Assembly: GCA_965113315.1 (NCBI GenBank)
Contig: OZ220364.1
DNA length: 64,000 nucleotides
Direction: 5' to 3' (one strand)
Origin: Podarcis vaucheri
Taxonomy: Eukaryota
In this document: piece after piece, positions 47,880 through 59,850 of the stretch
Position numbering within the stretch: position 1 is the stretch's first letter
How the letters are laid out: every line of letters begins with the position of its first letter
Translations under genes and position numbers: made by a program
Notes under the pieces: generated by a model
Databases searched by the model: none
What the model saw: the letters and a program-made list of their open reading frames with translations, nothing else
Told to the model about the DNA's origin: nothing

Positions 47880-50800
47880 ACTAGCTATGGGCAACTTTTA
47901 AACATGAAGCAATTGGGGGAGAGAGGATTTAATTAAGACAGACCCATTTCATTTCCTCTTCAAGGAAGAATATACCTGTGAACAGTAAGAATAACTTGCT
48001 GAAATTGTGAAGGAAGTGGTGCCTGCATCATAATAAGAAACAGCACCTATGGATTCTTTTGGATGACTGAGTCACAAGCATTCCCTACCTCCTACAAAAT
48101 GCCAATTGATTATGATAATAAGACACATCAGATCAGATAAATGAATATGTAGACACCATAGTGCCCTCCAGATGTTATTGGATAAACTGCCAGGGGCCGA
48201 TGGGAGATGGACTCAAACAATATCCGGTAGGTACTATCCTGGCTACACCTGGAATAATGCATGTCTTGATAACACATATGAAGCAGTTATTAAATCTGGG
48301 AACGAAAACCAAAGTGATTTTTAAAGAAATTAGATGATTGGAGCACATACTGAGTATGCCTTGATTTGATCCAGAGCAATAGGTTACTATCACAGTGACA
48401 GAATGTTGTGTGTTTTACAAGGATAACATGGTCACTGGAGGAAGGAGTAAACATGAGAAAAGTAATTTGCAACTTGAGATCAGATAATAAACAGAGTTTG
48501 CATGCAGTGACTATCAAAATTATTATTGTATGATATAGAGAAGACTCCCCCAGCTTTCCCTTATTGTTATGAGCTGTCCAAAGAACACTGTCGTTGGGCA
48601 GCATGCAGATACTGTAAAAAAATGAAACAAAAGTCCCTGATCAGGAGCCAAGGATGAACAGAGTTGGCTATGGAACATGGTCAGTGGTATCAAAAGTGGA
48701 TGACAGAGCAGAAGTGGCAGAGTTGCACTTCCACTGTCCCAATGAAGGTTGCCTTTCCCATACACAGTAACCCCACACATTGAAAACAGCTCCTCCATGC
48801 TACAACTAGGCTTGAAAACACTGTAGCCAACCGAGAGCTGTTTTCAAGCATAAATGCTGCATTGGGCAGCTGCAGCTGGGGAGAGGTTAATCCTCCCCAT
48901 CTTTAGTGTTCATGATCACCTCTGGCAATTTGGTTTGAAACAAGTTGAAATGCTTTCCCAAAAATAGTTGCTGGGGGAGTGATGCATGTATGCTATGCTA
49001 TGTGTATACTATATGACCATGTGTGTGATGTGTGAGAATGTGGGGTGGTTGAGGAAGATCATCGTTACGATCCACATTTGCTCGTCCTTTTACAGAATTC
49101 TGTCTATCATTCACCATTATCCTCGGTTTCTTACAGCTGATGTATCTTTGTTTAGGGGGGCTTTCTGTAATGTACCGGTAAGAAGCTTTGAGGCAGAAAA
49201 AAGGTCCTGCACCCAAACAGAAACATAGTAATTGCTCTGAACCATTCTACGTTCCTAAACAGCTTGTAAGCTGACTAGGAGTTGGCATCTTAATGATCAG
49301 CCCTTCCTTCTCTAGTAAAATCCTCCTGCTTCTTGTCCAAAAGGAACCTTTACCACAGGAGGCAACGCTGCAAGGTCAAACGTCATGCTGCTGTTTACCA
49401 AAGCCCGTCTCTAATGCAGTAGGTCTGGCTTGGTTAATCACAGACAGCATACATCATTCCACTAATCACCTGGCCGCTAGCCAATAGTGGAGGAAAAATC
49501 ACTTGTTAGCTTTGGGTCTCAGACCTGTCTTTTTTAAGATAAGTCTTCTCTAAGAGCTGCAGCATATTGAAGTAACGTGATTATTTTTAGATTCTTATTT
49601 TGAATTTATTTTCACGACAGACTTCAAAAGATCAGATTCTGATCTTCTCTTATTCAGGCACAAAGAGAAAGAAAATTAAGGCAGAGCTATCTAAAAAATA
49701 ACATTTGTTAACTGTGTGTGATCTGGGAGCTGTGGTATTGGAAGGTGTTTCCCCATGTGTTTGGTTCAAATCCTTGTTTCAAGGATTAATGTTCAAATGG
49801 GCAAGTCTTTATCTCCAGGTCTGTGTGTGAAAACAGGAGTTACCTCAGGGGTATCCTTGCTGTAAGGATATCTAATGGGGGAGGGAAACCTCTGGCCCGT
49901 GGGCCAAATTTGGCCTGACATGGGTTCCAATTTGGTCCCCGAGGCCAACTTCCCCAAATCATGGCCACCTGCCCTATGTATGTGACACCAGGTGTGGGGC
50001 AGGTAGAGATGTGGCTAGACTGTTTGGAAAGTGTCAAGGTGCTTTTGCCTGCTTTTGTGTGGGGTAGGGGTGGTTCTGAGCATTGCCAGGTTGTTTTCTG
50101 TAACCTGGGTATTTTGTAGTGCTCACACCAGTTCTTAGATTTCCATATGTGCCCTTAGGCTAAGAAAGGTATATTGTGTAATACACTAAGACAAGGGTAG
50201 CCAGTGTGGTGGACTGCAACTGCTTTTATTCTTGACCACTAAACAGACTAGTTAAGCTAATAGGAGCTACTCCTGCTTCAAGGTATTTTATGGGAGTGAA
50301 GCTAACTGCAAAGACTGTGGAGGAGCTACCCTAAGACTGTGGAGGAGCTACTGGGACTAGCAAGAGGAGGGGAGGACCTGTGAAGTAGCAAATGGAGGCA
50401 AACAGCCTAAGATAGGAACATAGAAAAGGAGAGAACTGAAGAGTGGATGCCGGATGGAGGTGTTTGTGTAGTGGAGACTGGAGAAAGAATAGTCTGTTCA
50501 TAAGGCATGGGGAGCTTCAGAGATAAGGAAATATAAAGTTGAAAAACAGATTTGAAATAGCCAGCCCAATCTTTGGCTGGATGACTCTCACGTGGAGTTA
50601 AAAGGCTTTCCCTCATTTCTGCATTCATCCTGTGGTCATATATTGACATACATGTTGGCATAGAAGAAATTAAGTCTCATTAATTATTAGAAAGGAAGCT
50701 AGAATGCACAATTTAAAGAGCTCTGAGTCTTTGCAACTGTACATTTAACCTCAAGCTGAATACTGCAATTTCCACTGCAACATGTATTCATTTATTAAGT

Positions 50801-51494
50801 ACAAAGAAAGAGGGACCAGCTTCCCTGGGTTCTCTTTAAATTCAATAATAATGATTAATCACTACCAATCTGTAATGTATAAGCCATTTTGTTAAATACA
50901 TTGTGTTTTGAGCCACACAATGTTATGTAAATTATTACGCACAACAAGGGAGTTCATGCCCTGGCAAATTACATGTAATTACATGAAAACAATAACATGT
51001 GTTAAGACACCCATAGTTTGTAAAGTTCTCAAGAGATCAAATCAAGTGCAAAAAATTGCAGTGTTGAATATGACGGCAGTTAGTTAGAAAAATCTTTAAA
51101 CAGTAACTTGGGTATTGCTGATGTTTGAATCCCTGAAACAATTCAAACTCCACTGGGGGTTTCAGAACGGTTATGTATATTTGCATTTCTTAAGTAACAC
51201 ACTCTCTTTCACACACTACCTTCAATCCAATGAAGCATATTACTAATGATATTTTATAGGCTCACAGGATCAGATAGCTGGGTCTCTTTAGAAGTACTGC
51301 ATTGGAGGGTGATAGTGGGAGATCTCCACTGGGGATGAATTTCAGCATGATATTTCTTCTAATTTTTTTAATACCCCAGTCATTTGTGTGTCATCCCTCA
51401 AAATAAACTGACTCACTACTGGTAGAAGGCATTCCTTGATGACCCAGACAAAGAACTGTTCCATAACATTAACCTGCTTTTCCCAACATTAAGG

Positions 51495-51858
51495 TAAAGG
51501 TAAAGGTACCCCTGCCTGTACGGGCCAGTCGTGTCCGACTCTAGGGTTGTGCGCCCATCTCACTTAAGAGGCCGGGGGCCCGCGCTGTCCGGAGACACTT
51601 CCGGGTCACGTAGCCAGCGTGACGAAGCTGCTCTGGCAAGCCGGCACCAGCGCAGCACACGGAAACGCCGTTTACCTTCCCGCTATAAAGCGGTACCTAT
51701 TTATCTACTTGCACTTTAGGGGTGCTTTCGAACTGCTAGGTGGGCAGGAGCTGGGACCGCAGACGGGAGCTCACCCTGCCGCGGGGATTCGAACCGCCGA
51801 CCATGCGATCGGCAAGCCCTAGGCGCTGAGGATTTACCCACAGCGCCACCCGCGTCCC
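51495..51858 (-). mobile_element. Full-length young Sauria SINE
   Basis: GGGACGCGGGTGGCGCTGTGG head, B box, ACCTTT tail; 15-bp TSD TTCCCAACATTAAGG at 51480-51494 and 51860-51874. Confidence 0.93.
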
Positions 51859-52795
51859 GTTCCCAACATTAAGGCAGACTTATTTTTAATAGGGCTACAG
51901 CTGTCTGGTTGATGATAGGGCAACATACTTTATTTCAGCAGAAGCCTACATGTTGCCTTCCAGGTGTTGCTGGACTACAACTCCCATCATCCCTGACACT
52001 GGCCATGCTGTTTGTGGCTGATGGGAATTCTGAGTCCAAAAACATATGGAAGGCCATATGTTAGCCACCACTGCTTTATTTCATTGTAGCTAGAAAGTCA
52101 ACAAGTAACTGATTTATTGGAATTCAACAGTCCCAATTTTAAGAATCCTGGAATTGTAGAGTTGGAAGGGACTCCTGAGGGTCATCTAGTCTCAACTAAA
52201 GCATCCATGACAGATGGGCATCCAACCTCTGCTTAAAAACCTCCAAGGAAGGAGTGCCCACTAGCTATGAATTCCCCTCATGACCTGGGAGAAGCAACAA
52301 TGTTTACACTTTAGATACCTATGACTAAAATAAAGGTATGTGGGTGCTTTTGGATCTAGATGTATAACTAAAGGTGGATAATATACTTCATAATTTTGTT
52401 TACATCCCACGGATACACTGTAATTGAATTGTAAGCAGATATAATAGAAGGGGAAAGCTCATCCAGCAAGGGGCAGCGAGAAGTAATTTGGCACTCACCT
52501 CTCACTTTGTTATGTCTGCACTACTGCTGAAAATAAGCCAGAGAAATGGCTTTCTTATCTTACAGTACCTCACCAGGACAACATCCTTACTAGAGGAACA
52601 CTTCAAAGCACAGAGGAAACAGAGGACAGACAAAGGGAATAAATCATCGGGTAGACAAAAACATCAGTAAATGAAGGGTTTTGTGCTGTCATCTTATTTG
52701 CTGGAACTGTTTATGTTGTCTGTCCAGCCCAGCTAGGATAGAAAGCCAAAGTGGCATTAATCCAGGTTTTTACTTTTCTATGCACATATAGCTCA

Positions 52796-53159
52796 GGGAC
52801 GCGGGTGGCGCTGTGGGTAAAACCTCAGTGCCTAGGACTTGCCGATCGTATGGTCGGCAGTTCGAATCCCCGCGGCGCGGTGAGCTCCCGTCTTTCGGCC
52901 CCAGCTCCTGCCCACCTAGCAGTTCGAAAGCACCCCTAAGTGCAAGTAGATAAATAGGTACCGCTTTATAGCGGGAAGGTAACGGCGTTTCCGTGCGCTG
53001 TGCTGGTGCTGGCTCGCCAGAGCAGCTTCGTCACACTGGCCACGTGACCCGGAAGTGTCTCCGGACAGCGCTGGCTCCCAGCCTCTTAAGTGACATGAGC
53101 ACACAACCCTAGAGTCGGACATGACTGGCCCGTACGGGCAGGGGTACCTTTACCTTTAC
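52796..53159 (+). mobile_element. Full-length young Sauria SINE
   Basis: Same head, core and tail; TSD GCACATATAG at 52782-52791 and 53160-53169. Confidence 0.93.
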
Positions 53160-56100
53160 GCACATATAGGCTTCATTTGTTACCATGCAGGGTGCAAACT
53201 TCCATTTCAAATGTGGCTATATAATGTCTCAATAAAGATTTATGATTCTATACATGCTTTAGGGGACAAAAGGATAACTTAGGTCTATATATTTTAAGTT
53301 AGTTTGCTCTGTTTTAATATCTTTTTACATTATCTAGAAAGAAGGCTGCTACTACGGAATAGTAGCCCCACACAATGAACTACGAAAGACCACAGAAATA
53401 TTTAATTCTGTCAATGAGAAATTTAAAATATCTTACATAAACAGCCTTTTTCTAGTGCAACTCTTGTAGCTTACTACATAAATAGATTCTATTAGTCACT
53501 GGGGGCATTTAGATGACTCAAAGTTATAGATTTTCATGTCTTATTAAGGTCACCACATTACATTACTAGAGTTTTAAGTTACATTCAAATTGTGTTGTGT
53601 TTTCATGCTAGTTTCCCCAAACGGGAAGTACTGCTGAACTCAGCTGCGCAATTCATTAGGAGCTGGCACTGAAATAATGTTGTGGAGGAGAGTTGTAATC
53701 TCTTGTCCTTCACCATGCAGATAATCTGCCATCTGAAGTGTGGCTTCCCTGTAAACTCCTGGTCACACAGAAGCCTGTCCATGTGATCATCTCTCCCTCT
53801 GGGAGAAGAGGCGTTTGTGTGGATGACCCTGCTCACATGGGTAGTTTTCTACATAGTGGAGGTGAGGGGCTTGTATTGGGACCAAATCAACAGCAAGAAT
53901 AGGGACTACTCCAAACACATATTGCAGATGAGCCTGAAAATATCAGCTTTCCTTTAAAAGAAAGCAAAAAGGTTTCTAGGCTATGTGGCTAGAAAGGCCT
54001 GTAAATATAACTGCACTAGGTAGTTGTGAGGAAAGATGATGGGGCAAGCTTTAGGCATCTTTTGGATTCAGTCAGAGAGAAAGGGAAAACTCATACCTTA
54101 GCCCTTCTTTGTAGCTACCATTTATCTCCCTGTTACATACTGCTTTCTAGCCACCCAAGCTGCCTGTCTCTTCTACCTTGCTCATGAAAAGACCCTTTTT
54201 TCTAAGCAGGAGACTGCTTATGCACCAGTAGAGCAAATCCACCCCTCCTGTCAATACATCCACACTGTACTGAGCTCCACACCAGCTCGCCCTGTCCCAC
54301 AAGATAAGTGGCAGTGACACACCTGCTGGGAAGCTAGCATTGCAGCTTTGCCCCACTGGGTGAGTCGCTACTGCTGGTATATTACTATACAACTTGTAAC
54401 AAATGCTGCTGTTATTGATCCAGAAAATCATTGATTTAGAATATCTGGATAGCCTTGTCCAAGTCCCTCATGCTTATGTAAACTCAGCAGTCTGCACACA
54501 GTAAATGTACAGGAGAGTCACTTTGTGGATGCAATTTAGGGTAGTGTGTAATAGACATAGCTACCATTTCATTCAGCCATATACCATCGTTTCATTTATG
54601 GTTGAAAACTGAAAATATCAAACAGTGTTTTCATGGATAAATTCAACTGCTGATCCCTAAATATATGGAACTGAGATTGCAGCTGTACCAGTTGCTGGCA
54701 CTTCTGTGACTCAGGCTACTCTCATCTCTGTATCAACTCTGCCTTCTATACTGGCTCATGGGAGAGGGCTGGCCGGTATTTGGGGCTACAGGATTGTGAC
54801 ATATCCCACATAGGAACACCCTGCACACAAGGGTCTGGACTGCTCAGTCCTCAGGGGCATTGGCGTGTGTGTTTGTTTGTGTGTGTGTGAGAGAGAATGC
54901 ATTTAGGGGGAATGAAAGTAGGAGGTTCTTAATGAAATCTACAAATCCCACCCCTCTGACTGTCCCCAAATTTAGCTCTATTATGACCCCCCTCCACACA
55001 ATGCATTTTACAGGGTGATTCCTTTAAAAGAGGCCCTGTGGATGCAGAGTACACATGTTCCACAGGGCCTCTTTAAAAGACTCACCCTGTAGAACAGCAG
55101 CGGATGTGGTTAGCACAAAGGGCAAGGGGACAGGATACTTCTGCCCCTGTAAGGCCCCACATCAGGGCAGACTGTCACAGCTGTTCCATCATGGTTCACA
55201 GCTGCTTGCCCACATGTGAAGCTTCCAGGGCACTTGGTAGGGGTTGAATCATGCCCACTTCGTAGAGATGTCCATATCCCACTAAAGGATTGAATATTCA
55301 TTTTTAATGCTGAAGTAACAGGTGCTTTAAAATCTTCCTACCCAAGCTTGATGATCTGTCACTACTTATGAGCTTGAGTACAGGTAGCTCATCTACCTTC
55401 ATGTGACTATAAATGTAGTAAAGTCAGGAAAACTCAGGATTCTAGAGATAGAACTGATTATACGAAACCCTACCAAATCTGGTCAAAGGGTTACAAAATT
55501 TCTAGGGGCATGAGATCCAAGTACATAAGACATTCAGACTGGATAAAATCTCCTCCAAAAATATTTTCTTAAACATTATCAAGTGAAATAGAGAAAATGG
55601 CACAAAGACATAAAAATTGGGGGGGGCAAGCATTAATGATTAGGAGCTGCATTCATCTGGTAGTGGTAAGTTAAAACTTGAGGACTGGCTAAAAGTACAA
55701 GGATTGTCAAAGGTTTTCTTCACTGCTGCAAAAAACTGGAAGTTTTTAAATACCAGGACAACACAAACTACAGCTAATTATTTTGTTCAGCAAAAAATAA
55801 AAAGTAAACACAGAGTTTTCTATTTCTTAAGACAAAAATCTCTTTGTATGAGATAATGAATAAAAATCACTGGTTCAACAACTAAGCAGCCTCTTGGGTA
55901 ACAGCCACAATTGCAGAAATGTGTCTTTGGCAGGAGACAGCCAGAGTAACAGAAACAGATGGATAGTGTCGGAGAATGCACATCAAAGAGGGACAAACAG
56001 CAACAGAGCAAAGAAAGTAAATTCAAAAACATGATGAAATTATATCTTACCATATAATATTTTTGTAAGAAAAAAGTCATGCTGCAGTTTGTGTGGCTGC

Positions 56101-57261
56101 CAATAGGTGGCCATGAGTACTGCAGCGACAACAGCAGGCAGAGCAAGTGAGCAGAGCAGACAGGCTGGCAGCACGAGTGAGCGAGCTGGCAGAGCAAAAC
56201 AGCAGGTGGGTTACCCAGGAAGGCCTTCCCATGTTGTCTGCAGCCACTGCCACCTGGGAAGCCTGGGGTTTGAACGAGCAGGCAGGCCGTCCAGCAGAGT
56301 GAGCATGCACCCTGGCAGACCTTCATGTGCTCCCTGTCTTTGCTGCTGCTGCCCAATGTTTGCCAAAAACTCCCCCCTCTCCTCACAACTTGCCTCAAAC
56401 CACTGCGGTGTGAAGCAAAGGGGAGAAAGACTTTCTCCTCTTCATTCCCCTGTTGTCTGCGAGTGGCAGCAGGATCTTGGGATGGGGCAAGCTGTGAGGG
56501 TATGGGGGTGTTTTGGGAGATAGGGATCTGCAACTGGGTTGGCAACAGTTAGACAGATTAAATGAGGTGTGAGGGGATGGGGAGCTTTGAGTGAAAGAAG
56601 GGGATTGGCAAAGGGATTGGGGGAGATGGCAAGCAATGTGAGCCACAGCAACGCTCCCTAATGAAGATGATATTGTCAGATATGTCCTATGAAGGGATAG
56701 TGATCTGACAAGCATGTGTAGATGAACTGACAACCATTATGTCCCATAGAATTGCCAGATTATGGCTTTAAACACACCTACTTGGCTATGTATATTTTAA
56801 AACAAGGTATTAGTATCACTAGCCAATTACCAAAATCATTTCATAATCTGATAATTCTTTATACCTTTTCGATTTCTCTCTCCATCCTTAGTAAAACAAT
56901 TATTATCATAACCACAATTTCAAAAGAAAGATGATCCACAGACTGATCTAATGGCATGCTGTCTGCATCTTCTATCCTTTTGCGTATCATTTTTCATATT
57001 TTCATCTGGTCACCCTAACTTAGCCTCTTGTGTCTGCCCTGTCTGTGTGCTGTAATTCAGAATGGAAAATGAAATGATAAATTTTAATAGCAATGAGTAT
57101 TTTGGACACCTTTTTATACCTTATTCGTATTAAATACAAACTTATCCTTAAGGCAGGAAGTATAGCTTGAATATAAACAAATAATGCCTACATCACACTT
57201 ATTAAAGTTTCTTTCCAAAAGGTAGCATACTTATTTTGAGAAAACAAAAGCTGTATCATAC

Positions 57262-59850
57262 CTGGACCAAGCAGCGGGGACCGGTTTGACTGGGCACTTG
57301 ACTGGTGCGGTGGCTGAGGTTCAGCCATGTTTGCGTTGATAATGGTGGTGCTAGTGGTGGCGGTTGTGGTACTGCTCTGGATTACAGGATTGTTTCTATC
57401 CCACATGTTTACAGTCTTGTTGTTATTGTAATTTGGGTCACCCCAAGCTGAGGTACCATCATCAATCTCCATCTTGCGCCGAATGGATGGTGGAGAGGGC
57501 TCTTCCCACCCCGTTGCTTCACTACTATCTTTCTGTTTGGCTGGCACTGGTCCACCAACCCATCCTGATCCAGTCTGTTTAACAGAAGCAGCTCCTCCCC
57601 AATTACTCACGTTGTTGTCCTGGGATTTAGAAGCCCAATTCTGTTGAGGACCAGGTTTTAAAGATTCCCCCCAGCTCGTACCTGTATTAGCCTTGCTGTT
57701 TGTGCCATTTCCCCATCCAGTGGTCCCAGAACGCGTAGTATCATTCCAGCCAGACCCTGCTCTATTGTCAGCATCCCATCCAGAACCATTCTTTTTCCCA
57801 TCTCCCAAGTGTCCAGGGACAGATGAGGAATCAACCCAATCTCCACCCCCTGAAGTCCAGCCTGGATTCGATTTCTGTCCATCTCCCCAGTTTTGAGATT
57901 TGGGTTTCTGAGGTTCACCCCAAGTAGGCGACTTGTCCTCCTGATTTGTGGTCCCACTCCAAGTGTGGCCACTTTTGGCAGCAGCAGCATTATTGACAGC
58001 AGTAGAACTTGCTGGCTCTCCCCATCCCCCTGGGCCATTTGGCGCTTTGTTATTGTTGTCGCCCCAACCTGTATTAGTTGGAACTGTTGCAGGTGGAGAG
58101 CTGACCCACCCAGATACTGAAGAGGTATTTGTACTGTTCATGATGGACCCATCATTCTTGCCCCCCGAGTTTGAAGGCTGAGTAGCTGCACAACCCCAGG
58201 CCTCCGTTCCATTGTCATTCTTTCGTTCAGACCTTGGGGATTCTTCAAATTCCCAGGCAGTGTTTTGTTTTACAGGAGTCTGTCCCCATCCAGTGTTGGA
58301 CAGAACCCTTGGGTCAAGGTCATTCCTTGGCAACTGGACTTGTCCTTGGTCTAGCATTCCCTTGTCTCTTCTTCGAGCCTCTCCAGTTCCTTCCCTCCCA
58401 GTACTGCCTTCATTCTGACTCCCATTGCTATCATTACTGCCTTCACTACCTGTGTTGCCAGATGCTGCAGCTTTGGCCCAAGAGTTTATTTGTTCATTGC
58501 CCTGCTGCATGGCAGGATTCTGGCTGGTAACACTAGAGCTATCCCACCCTGTTGATCCTTTCCCATTGATGTCATTACTGGAATGCTGGTTTGGGGGCTT
58601 GCTCCATTCACCATTAACGCCATTACTGGTGCTGCGGCTTGGGTGGCCCCAAGCACCAGAATGCATATTACCAACACCACTGTTGCCACTGCCCCTGCCC
58701 CATGCTAAGATCCCAGGACCAGCAGGAGGCCCCGAATCCCATGCACTTGTTCCGTTCCCTTCCTTTTGTACAGCACTGCTGGATCCATTTTGTTTAGCAC
58801 TTAATGCTGAGTTCACAGTGTCTCCATTCCCCTGACTGAACCCAGAATTGCTGTTTCCTGTGGCAGGATTACCTGGGGATATCCCCCACACTGAATTGCC
58901 CATTCCTTCACCACTTCCCCCACTGACTTGAGAAACTGATGTCCCATTAGCACCAGGAAGGCTTTGCAGGTGGGGCGGGATGATGGCCCCCATGCCAACA
59001 GCCATGCCCCAGTTCGGCAGTCCATTTGTCTGCATTGCATTGATAGGGTTTGGTGAAGAGTTCATNNNNNNNNNNNNNNNNNNNNNNNNNNNNNNNNNNN
59101 NNNNNNNNNNNNNNNNNNNNNNNNNNNNNNNNNNNNNNNNNNNNNNNNNNNNNNNNNNNNNNNNNNNNNNNNNNNNNNNNNNNNNNNNNNNNNNNNNNNN
59201 NNNNNTCCCATTCTGGTTGCCCATGTTCTGACCTATGGCACTGACTGGACTGCAAATACTGGAAGGGTTGCCTGCTCCCACAGTTCCTTCATGTCCGAGT
59301 ACAGGCCAGGCAGCTGGATTGGCATTTGGATTAAGGTTAAGATTAATGCCAGCATTTGAGTTGGAAGCACCCCAGCAATTTTGACTTCTACCATCTCCAA
59401 TCATGTTGTCCATCTTTCCATCCCCACCACTGGCAGAGCAATGAGCTAAGCCAGAGTTGGAACCTGTGGCAACACCCCACACTCTGGCTGAATTTCCATT
59501 ACCATTTGCTCCACCAGCTCCAAGGGCACTCTGGTTAGAAGTGCTTTGGATGAGTGCTCCATTGGTGCCATTATTGCCATTGGGTTTCTTTGTATGTCCA
59601 GTGAAGTTGCCTTGGGCACTCCCTGTAGCCATGCTACTGTTCTCTGAGCCACAGTTGGAGGCAGAGTCAGTGTCTGTAGTACATTCTGAGGCAGATTCAG
59701 TCTCAGTTCCTGTAATGGAAGGCCACGCTTCCTTGTCAGTCCTGTCTATTATCACTTTATCCCAGCTGCAATTGGCTTCACTTCGGAAAGTGGGCTGCTG
59801 TCCCCAGTGAGTATTCTCATAATGGTCTCCCAATCCGCTGTGACCAAGGT
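57262..59850 (-). CDS. TNRC6C: TNRC6C large exon (2589 nt, phase 1-1): GW/WG-repeat Argonaute-binding domain
   Basis: Translation contains MATGSAQGNFTGHTKK, DLDPRVLSNTGWGQTPVKQNTAW and MEIDDGTSAWGDP, characteristic of TNRC6C. Acceptor TTTCAG|AC at 59851-59852, donor CAG|GTATGA at 57260-57261. Internal N run 59066-59205 keeps frame. Confidence 0.96.
59066..59205. other. N run (140 nt) inside the large TNRC6C exon
   Basis: Reading frame is preserved across the Ns (47 unknown codons). Confidence 0.95.

Noticed and set aside
55820-56733. 241-aa and overlapping ORFs
   Set aside because: Non-ATG starts, low-complexity composition, no recognisable domain or phase-consistent splice sites.
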